From Candidatus Krumholzibacteriia bacterium (GTDB lineage: Bacteria; Krumholzibacteriota; Krumholzibacteriia; WVZY01): a stretch of DNA of 14,791 bases. Below are positions 7,956 through 14,791 of this stretch, in pieces. The stretch spans positions 1-14,791 of the forward strand of contig JAZGDW010000013.1 of the NCBI GenBank assembly GCA_036478295.1, written 5' to 3'. The notes beneath the pieces were generated by a model. It saw nothing but the letters and a program-made list of their open reading frames with translations. It ran no database searches and was not told where the DNA came from. Position 1 is the first letter of the stretch. Every line of letters begins with the position of its first letter. Made by a program: the position numbers and the translations under genes.

Positions 7956-9035
7956 TTAGATAATTTGGAGGTCTTCGATGATCTGCTTAATCTGTTCTTT
8001 ACCTCGCGCCATCAGCGGCCCGATATCCACACAAAAATCCTCCCACGCGAGCCCCTTGATATCCGGTCGGCGCGCGTAGAATTTGGAGAGCACGTCCCCC
8101 TCACCGTATTGCCGCCTGTAGTAGTCTTCGTGCCAAACGGATAACGGGTAGACGACTTCAAAAAAGAGCGTGCTCGGACTGACGCGGCCCAGGTTGCGGA
8201 TTATACCGAGTTTGCTCAACAGGAACGATTGAAGCGTTAGAATCCCCAGAGCTTTTAAAAGAAGGTCCGAGCTGAGATTTTCACGGAGGATTCGGTTTTG
8301 TTCTGTCTGTTTCTTCGAAACTTCCGCCAGCATGTCGTCGAACAGGCTGGTGAGGTCGGCCAGCGCTCCCCCGGCAAATGCCTGGACGAGCTCGAGTCGC
8401 GCGACGGGCGGCATGTGCCCGTCAACGAGCGTCGCGTCGTTACCGTCGTACTTCAAGAGTCCAATGACCACGCTGTCGGCATAGAGGTTGCGAATGTCGT
8501 TCTTGTAACCGTCGATGTCGACGAGGTCCACCGCCACCCCGGGGTAACTGAGCTCTATCGAGCCGTCGCCGGCCTTGATCCCCTGCTGTTCCAGGACCCT
8601 GCCGACCTCGTAGTCGACCTTCAGATCCGGCCTCAGCTGCTGCCTGGCCGCGACAACGTATTCACCCGCCGTGAAATTACCCTTGTCCTTGACGACCTTG
8701 ACAGATGCCTCGGGCCACCCGAGGTGCCGCTGGTTGTTCTCGACGACGATGACGACCTTGCCGCTCGGCGCTAGCGCACGTAACGTCCTCGGCACGTTGA
8801 AGGTAATCTCGACCGAGCCCTCCGCGTGGTTCGTCTCCGCAATCGTAAGCGCCGCGACGCCCGCCGAAGAGGACGTGTCGATCTCGATAATACCCGGTTG
8901 ATCCATCGACAACCGGCTGATATCGGCCGCGACCGACAGCGCCCGCTGGTCCGAGTGCGACAGGTGAAGCTCGTTCACCAGCAGCCCGTCGTACCAGCTG
9001 ATTCCGAGAAAACGCTCGATGTCCCTACGTGCCAT
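7956..9035 (-). CDS. TssK-like (type VI secretion baseplate connector) protein, apparently lacking the C-terminal head domain
   Basis: Colinear TssK-like motifs: ISWYDGLLVNELHL (cf. VxWxEGM..PQHF / VNWxDGM..KxHF), LRALAPSGKVV, DGHMPPVARL (cf. DxxF/YIPP), SPSTLFFEV (cf. HPExLY) and a final helix DIGPLMARGKEQIKQII. ATG 9035 follows GGAGG at 9051-9047 and gives 359 aa. Confidence 0.68.
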   Translation of the reverse strand: MARRDIERFLGISWYDGLLVNELHLSHSDQRALSVAADISRLSMDQPGIIEIDTSSSAGVAALTIAETNHAEGSVEITFNVPRTLRALAPSGKVVIVVENNQRHLGWPEASVKVVKDKGNFTAGEYVVAARQQLRPDLKVDYEVGRVLEQQGIKAGDGSIELSYPGVAVDLVDIDGYKNDIRNLYADSVVIGLLKYDGNDATLVDGHMPPVARLELVQAFAGGALADLTSLFDDMLAEVSKKQTEQNRILRENLSSDLLLKALGILTLQSFLLSKLGIIRNLGRVSPSTLFFEVVYPLSVWHEDYYRRQYGEGDVLSKFYARRPDIKGLAWEDFCVDIGPLMARGKEQIKQIIEDLQII

Positions 9036-9089
9036 TCTTTGCCCTACCTCCGGGGTGCGATCCACGCGAAGCATCTGCCCGCGACCCTG

Positions 9090-9119
9090 AGCCTACTACC
9101 CTAACCCTAGCTTTGTCAA
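9090..9119 (-). promoter_or_regulatory. Sigma70-type promoter of the tssK-like operon
   Basis: Perfect TTGACA (9119-9114), an 18 nt spacer and TAGGCT (9095-9090), 55 nt upstream of ATG 9035. The -35 is bracketed by the inverted repeat CTAGC (9107-9111) / GCTAG (9123-9127). Confidence 0.6.
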
Positions 9120-9230
9120 GAGGCTAGAACAAACTGCCACACCGGCTTTCCAGCGCGAAAACACACGGCGCTGTCGCCGACGGAACCGCACCCGGCGTGG
9201 GCACGGTCTCCGGCAGGGCGCGGGTATCAT

Positions 9231-9968
9231 TCAGAACCGCCACCGGGAACCCACCAACACCATCCCACCGGTCCCGAGACCGAGCTGCACGGCAGGAGGC
9301 CTCGTTTCTTTTCTGCCACGAAACACTCTGAGGAAACCGTAGGCCATCACCCCGGCCCCCGCCGCGATCAGGACGTAGTTCGTGGCGCCCAGTTCCCTAC
9401 CGCTTTCCGAGCCATCCGGCGAGTTCTTTTCGTCGCCGAACCCCACCACCGCACCGACCCCGAGGGCGACAAATCCGGACCCGACGAGAAGCAGGCCGCT
9501 ATTGATGTCACGGGCGGACGGGTCCACGCCCGCCATGGCAGCATCATCACCGTGGCTCGAGGGGTCGTCTTGCGGGAACTCCAACGAGATTACCTGTGGC
9601 TTCTCCGGCGGCTCCGCCAGTTGCTCGGCGTTCTTGCCTTTCTCGCGCGCAGCGGCCGCTTGCTTCTGCATCTCGAGCTGTCGTTCTCTCAGCCCGGCCA
9701 GGTCGATGATCTCTCGCCCTTCGAACACCTCGAGAATGATGCGCCTGACGTCTCGCGCGTCGAACGTGACGAGCTTGGATTCACGGCTGCCGCCTCTTTC
9801 AAGCAGGATGGTAATCTTCTTGAGGCTTAGCGGATTGAGATGCAGGGTCGTCTGGTTGTCCAGCTCTCCCCGGTACGTCGTGCCGTCGGTGAGAATCAAG
9901 ATGTCCGCTTTACAGAGCGCGACGCAAAACGCCGGTAGTATGAGTGCCAAAACCGCTGCTCGTCTCAT
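9231..9968 (-). CDS. Hypothetical exported/outer-membrane-associated protein
   Basis: Signal peptide MRRAAVLALILPAFCVALCKA, small beta domain DILILTDGTTYRGEL, charged linker, two Gly-rich hydrophobic helices and a terminal beta segment ending in aromatic F (LVGSRWRF). GGGGG lies upstream of the ATG. Confidence 0.7.
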   Translation of the reverse strand: MRRAAVLALILPAFCVALCKADILILTDGTTYRGELDNQTTLHLNPLSLKKITILLERGGSRESKLVTFDARDVRRIILEVFEGREIIDLAGLRERQLEMQKQAAAAREKGKNAEQLAEPPEKPQVISLEFPQDDPSSHGDDAAMAGVDPSARDINSGLLLVGSGFVALGVGAVVGFGDEKNSPDGSESGRELGATNYVLIAAGAGVMAYGFLRVFRGRKETRPPAVQLGLGTGGMVLVGSRWRF

Positions 9969-10261
9969 GCTCGCCCCCAGGTCATCCCACCGAATCGCAG
10001 GTCGCCATCGTACCGTTGCTCCTAGAATACACCAATCTCCGCACCGGTTTCAAGAGCGTCCTGTGCGGGTGGCGTTGCTACCGGGCGATTGACTGACAGG
10101 TGCCGGAACCGGCGTCTATTCGAACTCCGCCCCGAAGACTTTCACACAGTTCATCGAGGTAGATATAGCAGGTAATGCGTGAGGCGGTTGAACCACTGTC
10201 TCTCGGAACCGACGACCGTTTCCGAGTCCCCAGCCAGCATGGCCTGGAAACCAGCCAGGTG

Positions 10262-10600
10262 TCGACATATAATGGGGTAAAAGTGTTGTTGAAATTACCC
10301 CATTATACAAATACATTACCCCAATAAATACGGAAGCGGCGGCCGGTGTTGGCGTGATTACTGCTTGCCACAGAGAGCCATGCCAGAAATGCCGTAATCG
10401 ACATATAATGGGGTAAAAGTGTTGTTGAAATTACCCCATTATACAAATACATTACCCCAATAAGTACGGAAGCGGCGGCCGGTGTTGGCGTGATTACTGC
10501 TCGCCACAGATAGGCCATGCCAGAAATGGCGTAATCGACACATTAACGGGGTAATTTTAGCCCTGACGTTACCCCATTTATGGGCTCATTACCCGTTTAC
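10262..10600. repeat. Tandem direct repeat: two nearly identical 136/137-bp units plus a diverged partial third unit
   Basis: Units begin with TCGACA at 10262, 10398 and 10535. Units 1 and 2 differ at about 5 positions (4 substitutions and 1 indel). The third keeps only the GGGGTAA-N14-TTACCCC...TTACCC architecture. Confidence 0.95.
10268..10327 (+). promoter_or_regulatory. Sigma70-like promoter overlapped by an operator-like inverted repeat (second copy 136 bp downstream)
   Basis: Perfect 13-bp inverted repeat TATAATGGGGTAA (10268-10280) - N14 - TTACCCCATTATA (10295-10307), plus a third half-site TTACCCCAATAA (10316-10327). TTGAAA (10289-10294) - N17 - TACATT (10312-10317) points toward fic. 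Confidence 0.6.
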
Positions 10601-10616
10601 CGGAGGGACGCGCCAC

Positions 10617-11693
10617 GTGAGGTCATTGAACCTTAACTATTTAAAAAATATAACGCTAAAGACGCCCCAGGGATCCACGCTCAAGAAGATCGGTGAGTAT
10701 CAAGGCAAGCAGGCTCTTTTTGCACGCCAGACGCCCGAGATTCTCGAATCGCTCAAACAGGTCGCGCAGATTGAATCGAGCGAATCCTCGAACCGCATCG
10801 AAGGGGTCACGGCGCCGCCTGGGCGCATCAAGGCACTGGTAATGGAATCGACCCAGCCGCAGGACCGGTCCGAGCAGGAGATCGCTGGTTACCGGGACGG
10901 GCTGGACCTGGTCCACGAATCCGCCGAATACATGGCGCTCTCTCGCATGAGCATCCTGCGCTTGCACTCGACGATGTACCGTTACCTGCCGCAACCCGGT
11001 GGCCAATGGAAAACACGTGACAACAAGATCATCGAGATAACCGACAAGGGCAAGGAGGTCCGGTTCGAGCCGGTAAGCGCCAAGAAGACGCCTGAGGCCG
11101 TGGAGACGCTGATTCGAAACTTCGACCAGGCGGTCAACCAGCACCAACTCGAGCCCTTGATTGTCATCCCGCTGGCGATCCTCGATTTCCTGTGTATCCA
11201 TCCGTTCACCGACGGCAACGGCAGGGTGTCCAGACTTCTCACGCTCTTGCTGCTCTATCATTTTGATTATCACGTGGGTCGTTATATCAGTCTCGAGCGA
11301 ATCATCGAAGAGTCGAAGGTGACGTACTACGAGACCCTCAAGCAAAGCTCTCAGAAATGGCACGACGGAGAACACGACCCGCACCCGTGGATGAACTATT
11401 TCTGGGGAGTGTTGCTGCGCGCCTACCAGGAATTCGAAGAACGTGTCGGTGAGATTCGAACCACCAAGCTCTCCAAGACAGAACAGATCCGGATGGCTGT
11501 CGAGCGGAGAATCGGACTCTTTGCCATCTCGGACATCGAGGCCGATTGCCCGAAAGTCAGCCGTGATATGATCCGTCTCGTGCTGCGGGAGCTCCGCGAC
11601 GAAGACGTGATCGTCGTTCGCGGCCGGGGCCGAGGCGCCAAGTGGCTCCGGGTCGCCGAAAAGGAGCCGGAAACCGTTAAGGGCAAGTCATAG
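10617..11693 (+). CDS. Fic-family protein (class II, N-terminal inhibitory motif) with C-terminal winged-HTH
   Basis: Canonical Fic motif HPFTDGNGRVSR and inhibitory (S/T)xxxE(G/N) motif SNRIEG. C-terminal FAISDIEADCPKVSRDMIRLVLRELRDEDVIVVRGRGRGAKW is wHTH-like. GTG start follows GGAGGG. Confidence 0.95.
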   Translation: MRSLNLNYLKNITLKTPQGSTLKKIGEYQGKQALFARQTPEILESLKQVAQIESSESSNRIEGVTAPPGRIKALVMESTQPQDRSEQEIAGYRDGLDLVHESAEYMALSRMSILRLHSTMYRYLPQPGGQWKTRDNKIIEITDKGKEVRFEPVSAKKTPEAVETLIRNFDQAVNQHQLEPLIVIPLAILDFLCIHPFTDGNGRVSRLLTLLLLYHFDYHVGRYISLERIIEESKVTYYETLKQSSQKWHDGEHDPHPWMNYFWGVLLRAYQEFEERVGEIRTTKLSKTEQIRMAVERRIGLFAISDIEADCPKVSRDMIRLVLRELRDEDVIVVRGRGRGAKWLRVAEKEPETVKGKS

Positions 11694-11797
11694 ACGCCGA
11701 TTAGCCGTCGTCGCAGCATCTGGTCTCGTTCAACGGATGTCGAACCGGCTTGTGGCGCCGCCGGCAGCCCGCCACACGTTGCAGATCGAACGCGCCG

Positions 11798-11813
11798 TGG
11801 CACAAAAAATGCT
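11798..11813 (+). promoter_or_regulatory. Sigma54 (RpoN) -24/-12 promoter
   Basis: TGGCAC-AAAAA-ATGCT matches TGGCAC-N5-TTGCW with one mismatch. Exact GG(11799-11800)-N10-GC(11811-11812) spacing, about 40 nt upstream of ATG 11852. Confidence 0.75.
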
Positions 11814-11851
11814 CCTCGCGTTCATCGGTAAACCCTGTCAAGGATTTGACC

Positions 11852-12793
11852 ATGCCCGAAGCAGGCCTGAAGCGCACAACGGACTCCGAGACCCACCGCG
11901 CCAATGAAGACGCGGCCAGAATCGGCCGTCTCAACGACCAGGAGACACGGCACTGGTACCTTCTTGCCGCAATCTCCATCATCAGTACCGCGGGCCTTGC
12001 GTTCGCAGCCTATCCGATCCTCAGCCAGCGCATGGCGGACGTGTGGCCATGGGCCAATACCAATCTCGTTCTTCTCATTGGTCTCATGCTGTCGATCCTC
12101 ATGCTGGTCGGCTACCTGACCCTGCAGCAGCGTACAGCGAGAACGGTCCGCATCCAGGTCCAGAACATGATGCAGGACTCATCGCGTCGTGCACGTCAGA
12201 ACACGGCCCGTATGCACGCCCTTCTCAACGTCAGCCGCATGATGGGCTCGGTGACCAACCTCGAGAACGTCTTCAATTCAATCACCAGCACCAGCCTGGA
12301 GATATTCGACTGCCAGCAGGCCACGCTCATGCTCCTCAACGAGAAAACGAACGAACTGGAGACGCGGGCCGTCACCGGCCACCTGCAGGGGGAACAGGTC
12401 AAGCACGCCACGCAAAAGGTCGGAGAAGGCATCGCCGGGTGGGTCGCCGAGACCACCGAGCCGCTGATTCTGACCCGCGATACCGATCCGTCGCAGTACC
12501 CGAACCTCAAGCTCAAGAATCTCTCCATCTCGGCCGCAATGGTGGTGCCGATTCTCTTGAGAGACGAGCTGGTCGGCGTGCTGAACATCAGCAGCCGCGC
12601 GCCCGACGCTTACTACACCGATGAAGATCTGCAGGCGCTGCAGGTATTCGCCGAGAACGCCGGAACGTGCATCCGACACACCGAACACGTGGAGTGGATG
12701 AGACAGACCATCCAGAATCTGCAGCAGGAACATTCTTCCGGTTCACAACACGAGAAGGTCCACGATATCGAACACTCGAACGAGCCTTCCTGA
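11852..12793 (+). CDS. Membrane-anchored GAF-domain protein with no output domain
   Basis: Two TM helices (WYLLAAISIISTAGLAFAAY; LVLLIGLMLSILMLVGYL), a coiled coil, then a GAF domain (ATLMLLNE...KVGEGIAGWVAETTEPLIL...SAAMVVPILLRDELVGVLNI...YTDEDLQALQVFAENAG). ATG 11852 follows AAGGA; the track's start at 11750 would overlap the sigma54 promoter. Confidence 0.88.
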   Translation: MPEAGLKRTTDSETHRANEDAARIGRLNDQETRHWYLLAAISIISTAGLAFAAYPILSQRMADVWPWANTNLVLLIGLMLSILMLVGYLTLQQRTARTVRIQVQNMMQDSSRRARQNTARMHALLNVSRMMGSVTNLENVFNSITSTSLEIFDCQQATLMLLNEKTNELETRAVTGHLQGEQVKHATQKVGEGIAGWVAETTEPLILTRDTDPSQYPNLKLKNLSISAAMVVPILLRDELVGVLNISSRAPDAYYTDEDLQALQVFAENAGTCIRHTEHVEWMRQTIQNLQQEHSSGSQHEKVHDIEHSNEPS

Positions 12794-13033
12794 AACAGAT
12801 CTTTTCTTAGCACTAGTTAGTATTGTTTTGTTGCGACTCGATGTCCGAGTGACCGTGTTCTTAACGTGTCGCATGTGGCCGTCGACAAGTTTTTTCGTAA
12901 ACCTGGTTACGCTTTATTTCTACGGCACGCGACTTCCCGAACCTCCCCCCCCGGGACAACTAACTCAAAGCAAGCGGGTTACGTAACGGCGCCGCCCTGG
13001 CAACCAAGGCTTGCGTTTCCTGCAGATTTTCTT

Positions 13034-13079
13034 ATTCTATATATAGTAGTAGTGTTCAATGCACCGCTACATGTTGTAT
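13034..13079 (+). promoter_or_regulatory. Tandem NrdR boxes
   Basis: attCTATATATAGtag (13034-13049) and ccgCTACATGTTGtat (13064-13079) match the NrdR-box core CwAyATrTwG. They are 30 bp apart and lie directly upstream of a ribonucleotide reductase gene. Confidence 0.85.
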
Positions 13080-13143
13080 AGTTTGCTCCCGTTCGATGAT
13101 GAGGTCGGTCGGACACAGAAAATTGATTTGGGAGGAAGCAATT

Positions 13144-14791
13144 ATGAATCTCAGTGAAAACGCCTTCACGGTTCTTGAGAGAAGGTACCTGCGCAAGAAA
13201 GAAGGCAACGGTCTTTTCGAAACAGTCGAGGAATTGTTTCGGCGTGTGGCAAACAACATCTCACAGGCGGAACTAAACTATCACCACAATGAACGCGAAA
13301 GAGAGAAACAGGCCGACGAGTTCTTTGACATCATGACGAACTTCGAGTTCCTGCCCAATTCTCCGACCCTAATGAACGCAGGCACGGACATCCAACAACT
13401 CGCCGCGTGTTTCGTCCTCCCCGTCGGCGATTCCATGGAGGCCATTTTCGACTCCGTCAAGAGCGCGGCGCTGATCCACAAGAGCGGCGGCGGTACGGGT
13501 TTTTCCTTCTCGCAGCTGCGCCCGAAGGACGACGTCGTACAGAGCACCCGCGGGGTTTCGAGCGGTCCGATTTCCTTTATGGCGGTGTTCGACGCCGCAA
13601 CCGAAGCGGTCAAGCAGGGCGGCCGCAGGCGCGGGGCCAACATGGCGATTCTGCGGGTCGACCACCCCGATATCCTGGACTTCATCGAGTCCAAGAAAAA
13701 CCACGACCGCCTGAACAATTTCAACATATCGGTCGCCCTCACCGACGCGTTCATGGGAGCGCTGGCGAGCGATGCGGAATACGATCTCACGAACCCGCGT
13801 ACCGGGGTGACCGAGGGCACCCTGTCTGCGCGCAGGGTATTCGAGCTTATCGTGCAGTCCGCTTGGCAAAGCGGTGAGCCGGGAATAGTCTTTATCGACC
13901 GCATCAACAGGGACAATCCAACCCCGCACCTGGGAGAGATCGAGAGTACCAACCCGTGCGGCGAGCAACCGCTTCTGCCCTACGAGTCATGCAATCTCGG
14001 ATCGTTGAATCTCAGCGCCGTGGTGCGAGAGGAGAACGGTGAGAACTTTATCGATTACGACCGCCTGGCAAGAAATATCCGCGTCGCCGTCCGCTTCCTC
14101 GACAACGTCATCGACATGAGCGTGTACCCCATACCCGAGATAGGGGAACGGACCCGCGCCAACCGCAAGATCGGCCTCGGAATCATGGGGTTCGCAGACA
14201 TGTTGATAAAGCTCCATGTCGCGTACGACTCGGATGAAGCCATTGACTTGGGCAGAAAAATCATGCGTTTCATTCAGCAGGAATCGGCCACTGCGTCGGA
14301 AGAGCTCGCCGAAGCGCGCGGACCTTTTCCCGCTTTCCAGGGAAGCGCGTTCGACCTCAGCGGCAAGCGTCCCCGGCGAAATGCGACGACGACCACCATC
14401 GCACCAACCGGTACTATCAGCATCATTGCCGGAGCTTCCAGCGGCATCGAACCACTCTTCGCCCTGGCGTACGTCCGCAACGTTCTCGACAACGACGAGC
14501 TCGTCGAAGTCAACCCCGTGTTCAAGGAGATCGCAGAGCGCGAGGGATTCTACAGCGACGAGTTGATGGAGCGTATCGCCACGGAAGGCACAGTGGAACA
14601 TATCGACGACGTACCCGTGCAGTGGCGCACTGTTTTCCGGACCGCGCACGACATTTCACCGGAGGCGCACATTCGCATGCAGGCCGCCTTCCAGGAGCAC
14701 ACGGACAACGCCGTGTCGAAGACAGTGAATTTCGCGAGAGATGCGAGCACCGGCGACGTGGAGGAGGTCGTCCTGCTGGCCCACAAGCTGG
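13144..14791 (+). CDS. nrdJ: Class II (adenosylcobalamin-dependent) ribonucleotide reductase (partial, 3' end outside the window)
   Basis: Absent from the ORF track because it has no stop in the window. ATG 13144 follows GGAGGA: MNLSENAFTVLERRYLRK...FLPNSPTLMNAG...LAACFVLPVGDS...KSGGGTGFSFS.LRP...VKQGGRRRGANM...HPDILDFI...NFNISV...GEPGIVFID...TNPCGEQPLLPYESCNLGSLNL...RKIGLGIMG...TTIAPTGTISII...SSGIEP...TDNAVSKTVNF. The frame is intact at the checkpoints I tested. No ATP-cone or intein is visible. Confidence 0.96.
   Translation, partial: MNLSENAFTVLERRYLRKKEGNGLFETVEELFRRVANNISQAELNYHHNEREREKQADEFFDIMTNFEFLPNSPTLMNAGTDIQQLAACFVLPVGDSMEAIFDSVKSAALIHKSGGGTGFSFSQLRPKDDVVQSTRGVSSGPISFMAVFDAATEAVKQGGRRRGANMAILRVDHPDILDFIESKKNHDRLNNFNISVALTDAFMGALASDAEYDLTNPRTGVTEGTLSARRVFELIVQSAWQSGEPGIVFIDRINRDNPTPHLGEIESTNPCGEQPLLPYESCNLGSLNLSAVVREENGENFIDYDRLARNIRVAVRFLDNVIDMSVYPIPEIGERTRANRKIGLGIMGFADMLIKLHVAYDSDEAIDLGRKIMRFIQQESATASEELAEARGPFPAFQGSAFDLSGKRPRRNATTTTIAPTGTISIIAGASSGIEPLFALAYVRNVLDNDELVEVNPVFKEIAEREGFYSDELMERIATEGTVEHIDDVPVQWRTVFRTAHDISPEAHIRMQAAFQEHTDNAVSKTVNFARDASTGDVEEVVLLAHKL

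Noticed and set aside
9085..9110. Telomere-like CCCTGA/CCCTAA/CCCTAG hexamers
   Set aside because: Too short, and they lie within the promoter spacer; chance.
10202..10226. Hairpin CTCGGAA-N11-TTCCGAG as an intrinsic terminator
   Set aside because: No U-tract on either side and no gene ends immediately upstream.
10116..10518. Short minus-strand ORFs (66 and 71 aa) sharing MYLYNGVISTTLLPHYMS
   Set aside because: By-products of the DNA repeat. The indel between units and the divergence of unit 3 do not preserve a reading frame.
10262..10600. CRISPR array or transposon terminal inverted repeats
   Set aside because: Whole units, including the would-be spacers, are duplicated. The 136-bp period is too long, there are no cas or transposase genes, and I saw no matching copy on the far side of fic.
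12794..13143. Cobalamin riboswitch upstream of nrdJ
   Set aside because: No recognisable B12-box or other conserved core, and the NrdR boxes explain the regulation.
13281..14786. Several long minus-strand and alternate-frame ORFs
   Set aside because: Shadows of nrdJ in GC-rich DNA. The same applies to the antisense ORFs over the VTC, HlyD, phosphodiesterase, tssK-like, fic and GAF genes.

Overview
GC-rich bacterial genomic window with no tRNA, rRNA, CRISPR array or transposase seen. Left to right: (1) a minus-strand operon of a HlyD-like membrane-fusion protein, a VTC/CYTH polyphosphate-polymerase-domain protein and a DUF4956-type membrane protein that runs off the left edge; (2) an alkaline-phosphatase/NPP-superfamily protein; (3) a helical-repeat + LysM gene broken by a frameshift near 5280; (4) a self-contained three-gene minus-strand operon encoding a head-less TssK-like (type VI baseplate connector) protein, a single-pass membrane protein with two cytoplasmic ubiquitin-like domains, and a secreted Ig-like + Gly-rich-repeat protein, with no other T6SS gene in the window; (5) a hypothetical exported protein; (6) about 2.5 tandem copies of a 136-137 bp promoter/operator-like unit upstream of a class II Fic-wHTH gene; (7) a membrane-anchored GAF-only protein with a sigma54-type promoter; (8) a class II B12-dependent ribonucleotide reductase (nrdJ) with two NrdR boxes, running off the right edge. 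The best candidates for undescribed biology are the TssK/ubiquitin-like/surface-protein operon, the repeat array before fic, and the membrane-fusion protein joined to the VTC-DUF4956 module. All family calls come from motifs recognised by eye; no searches were run.
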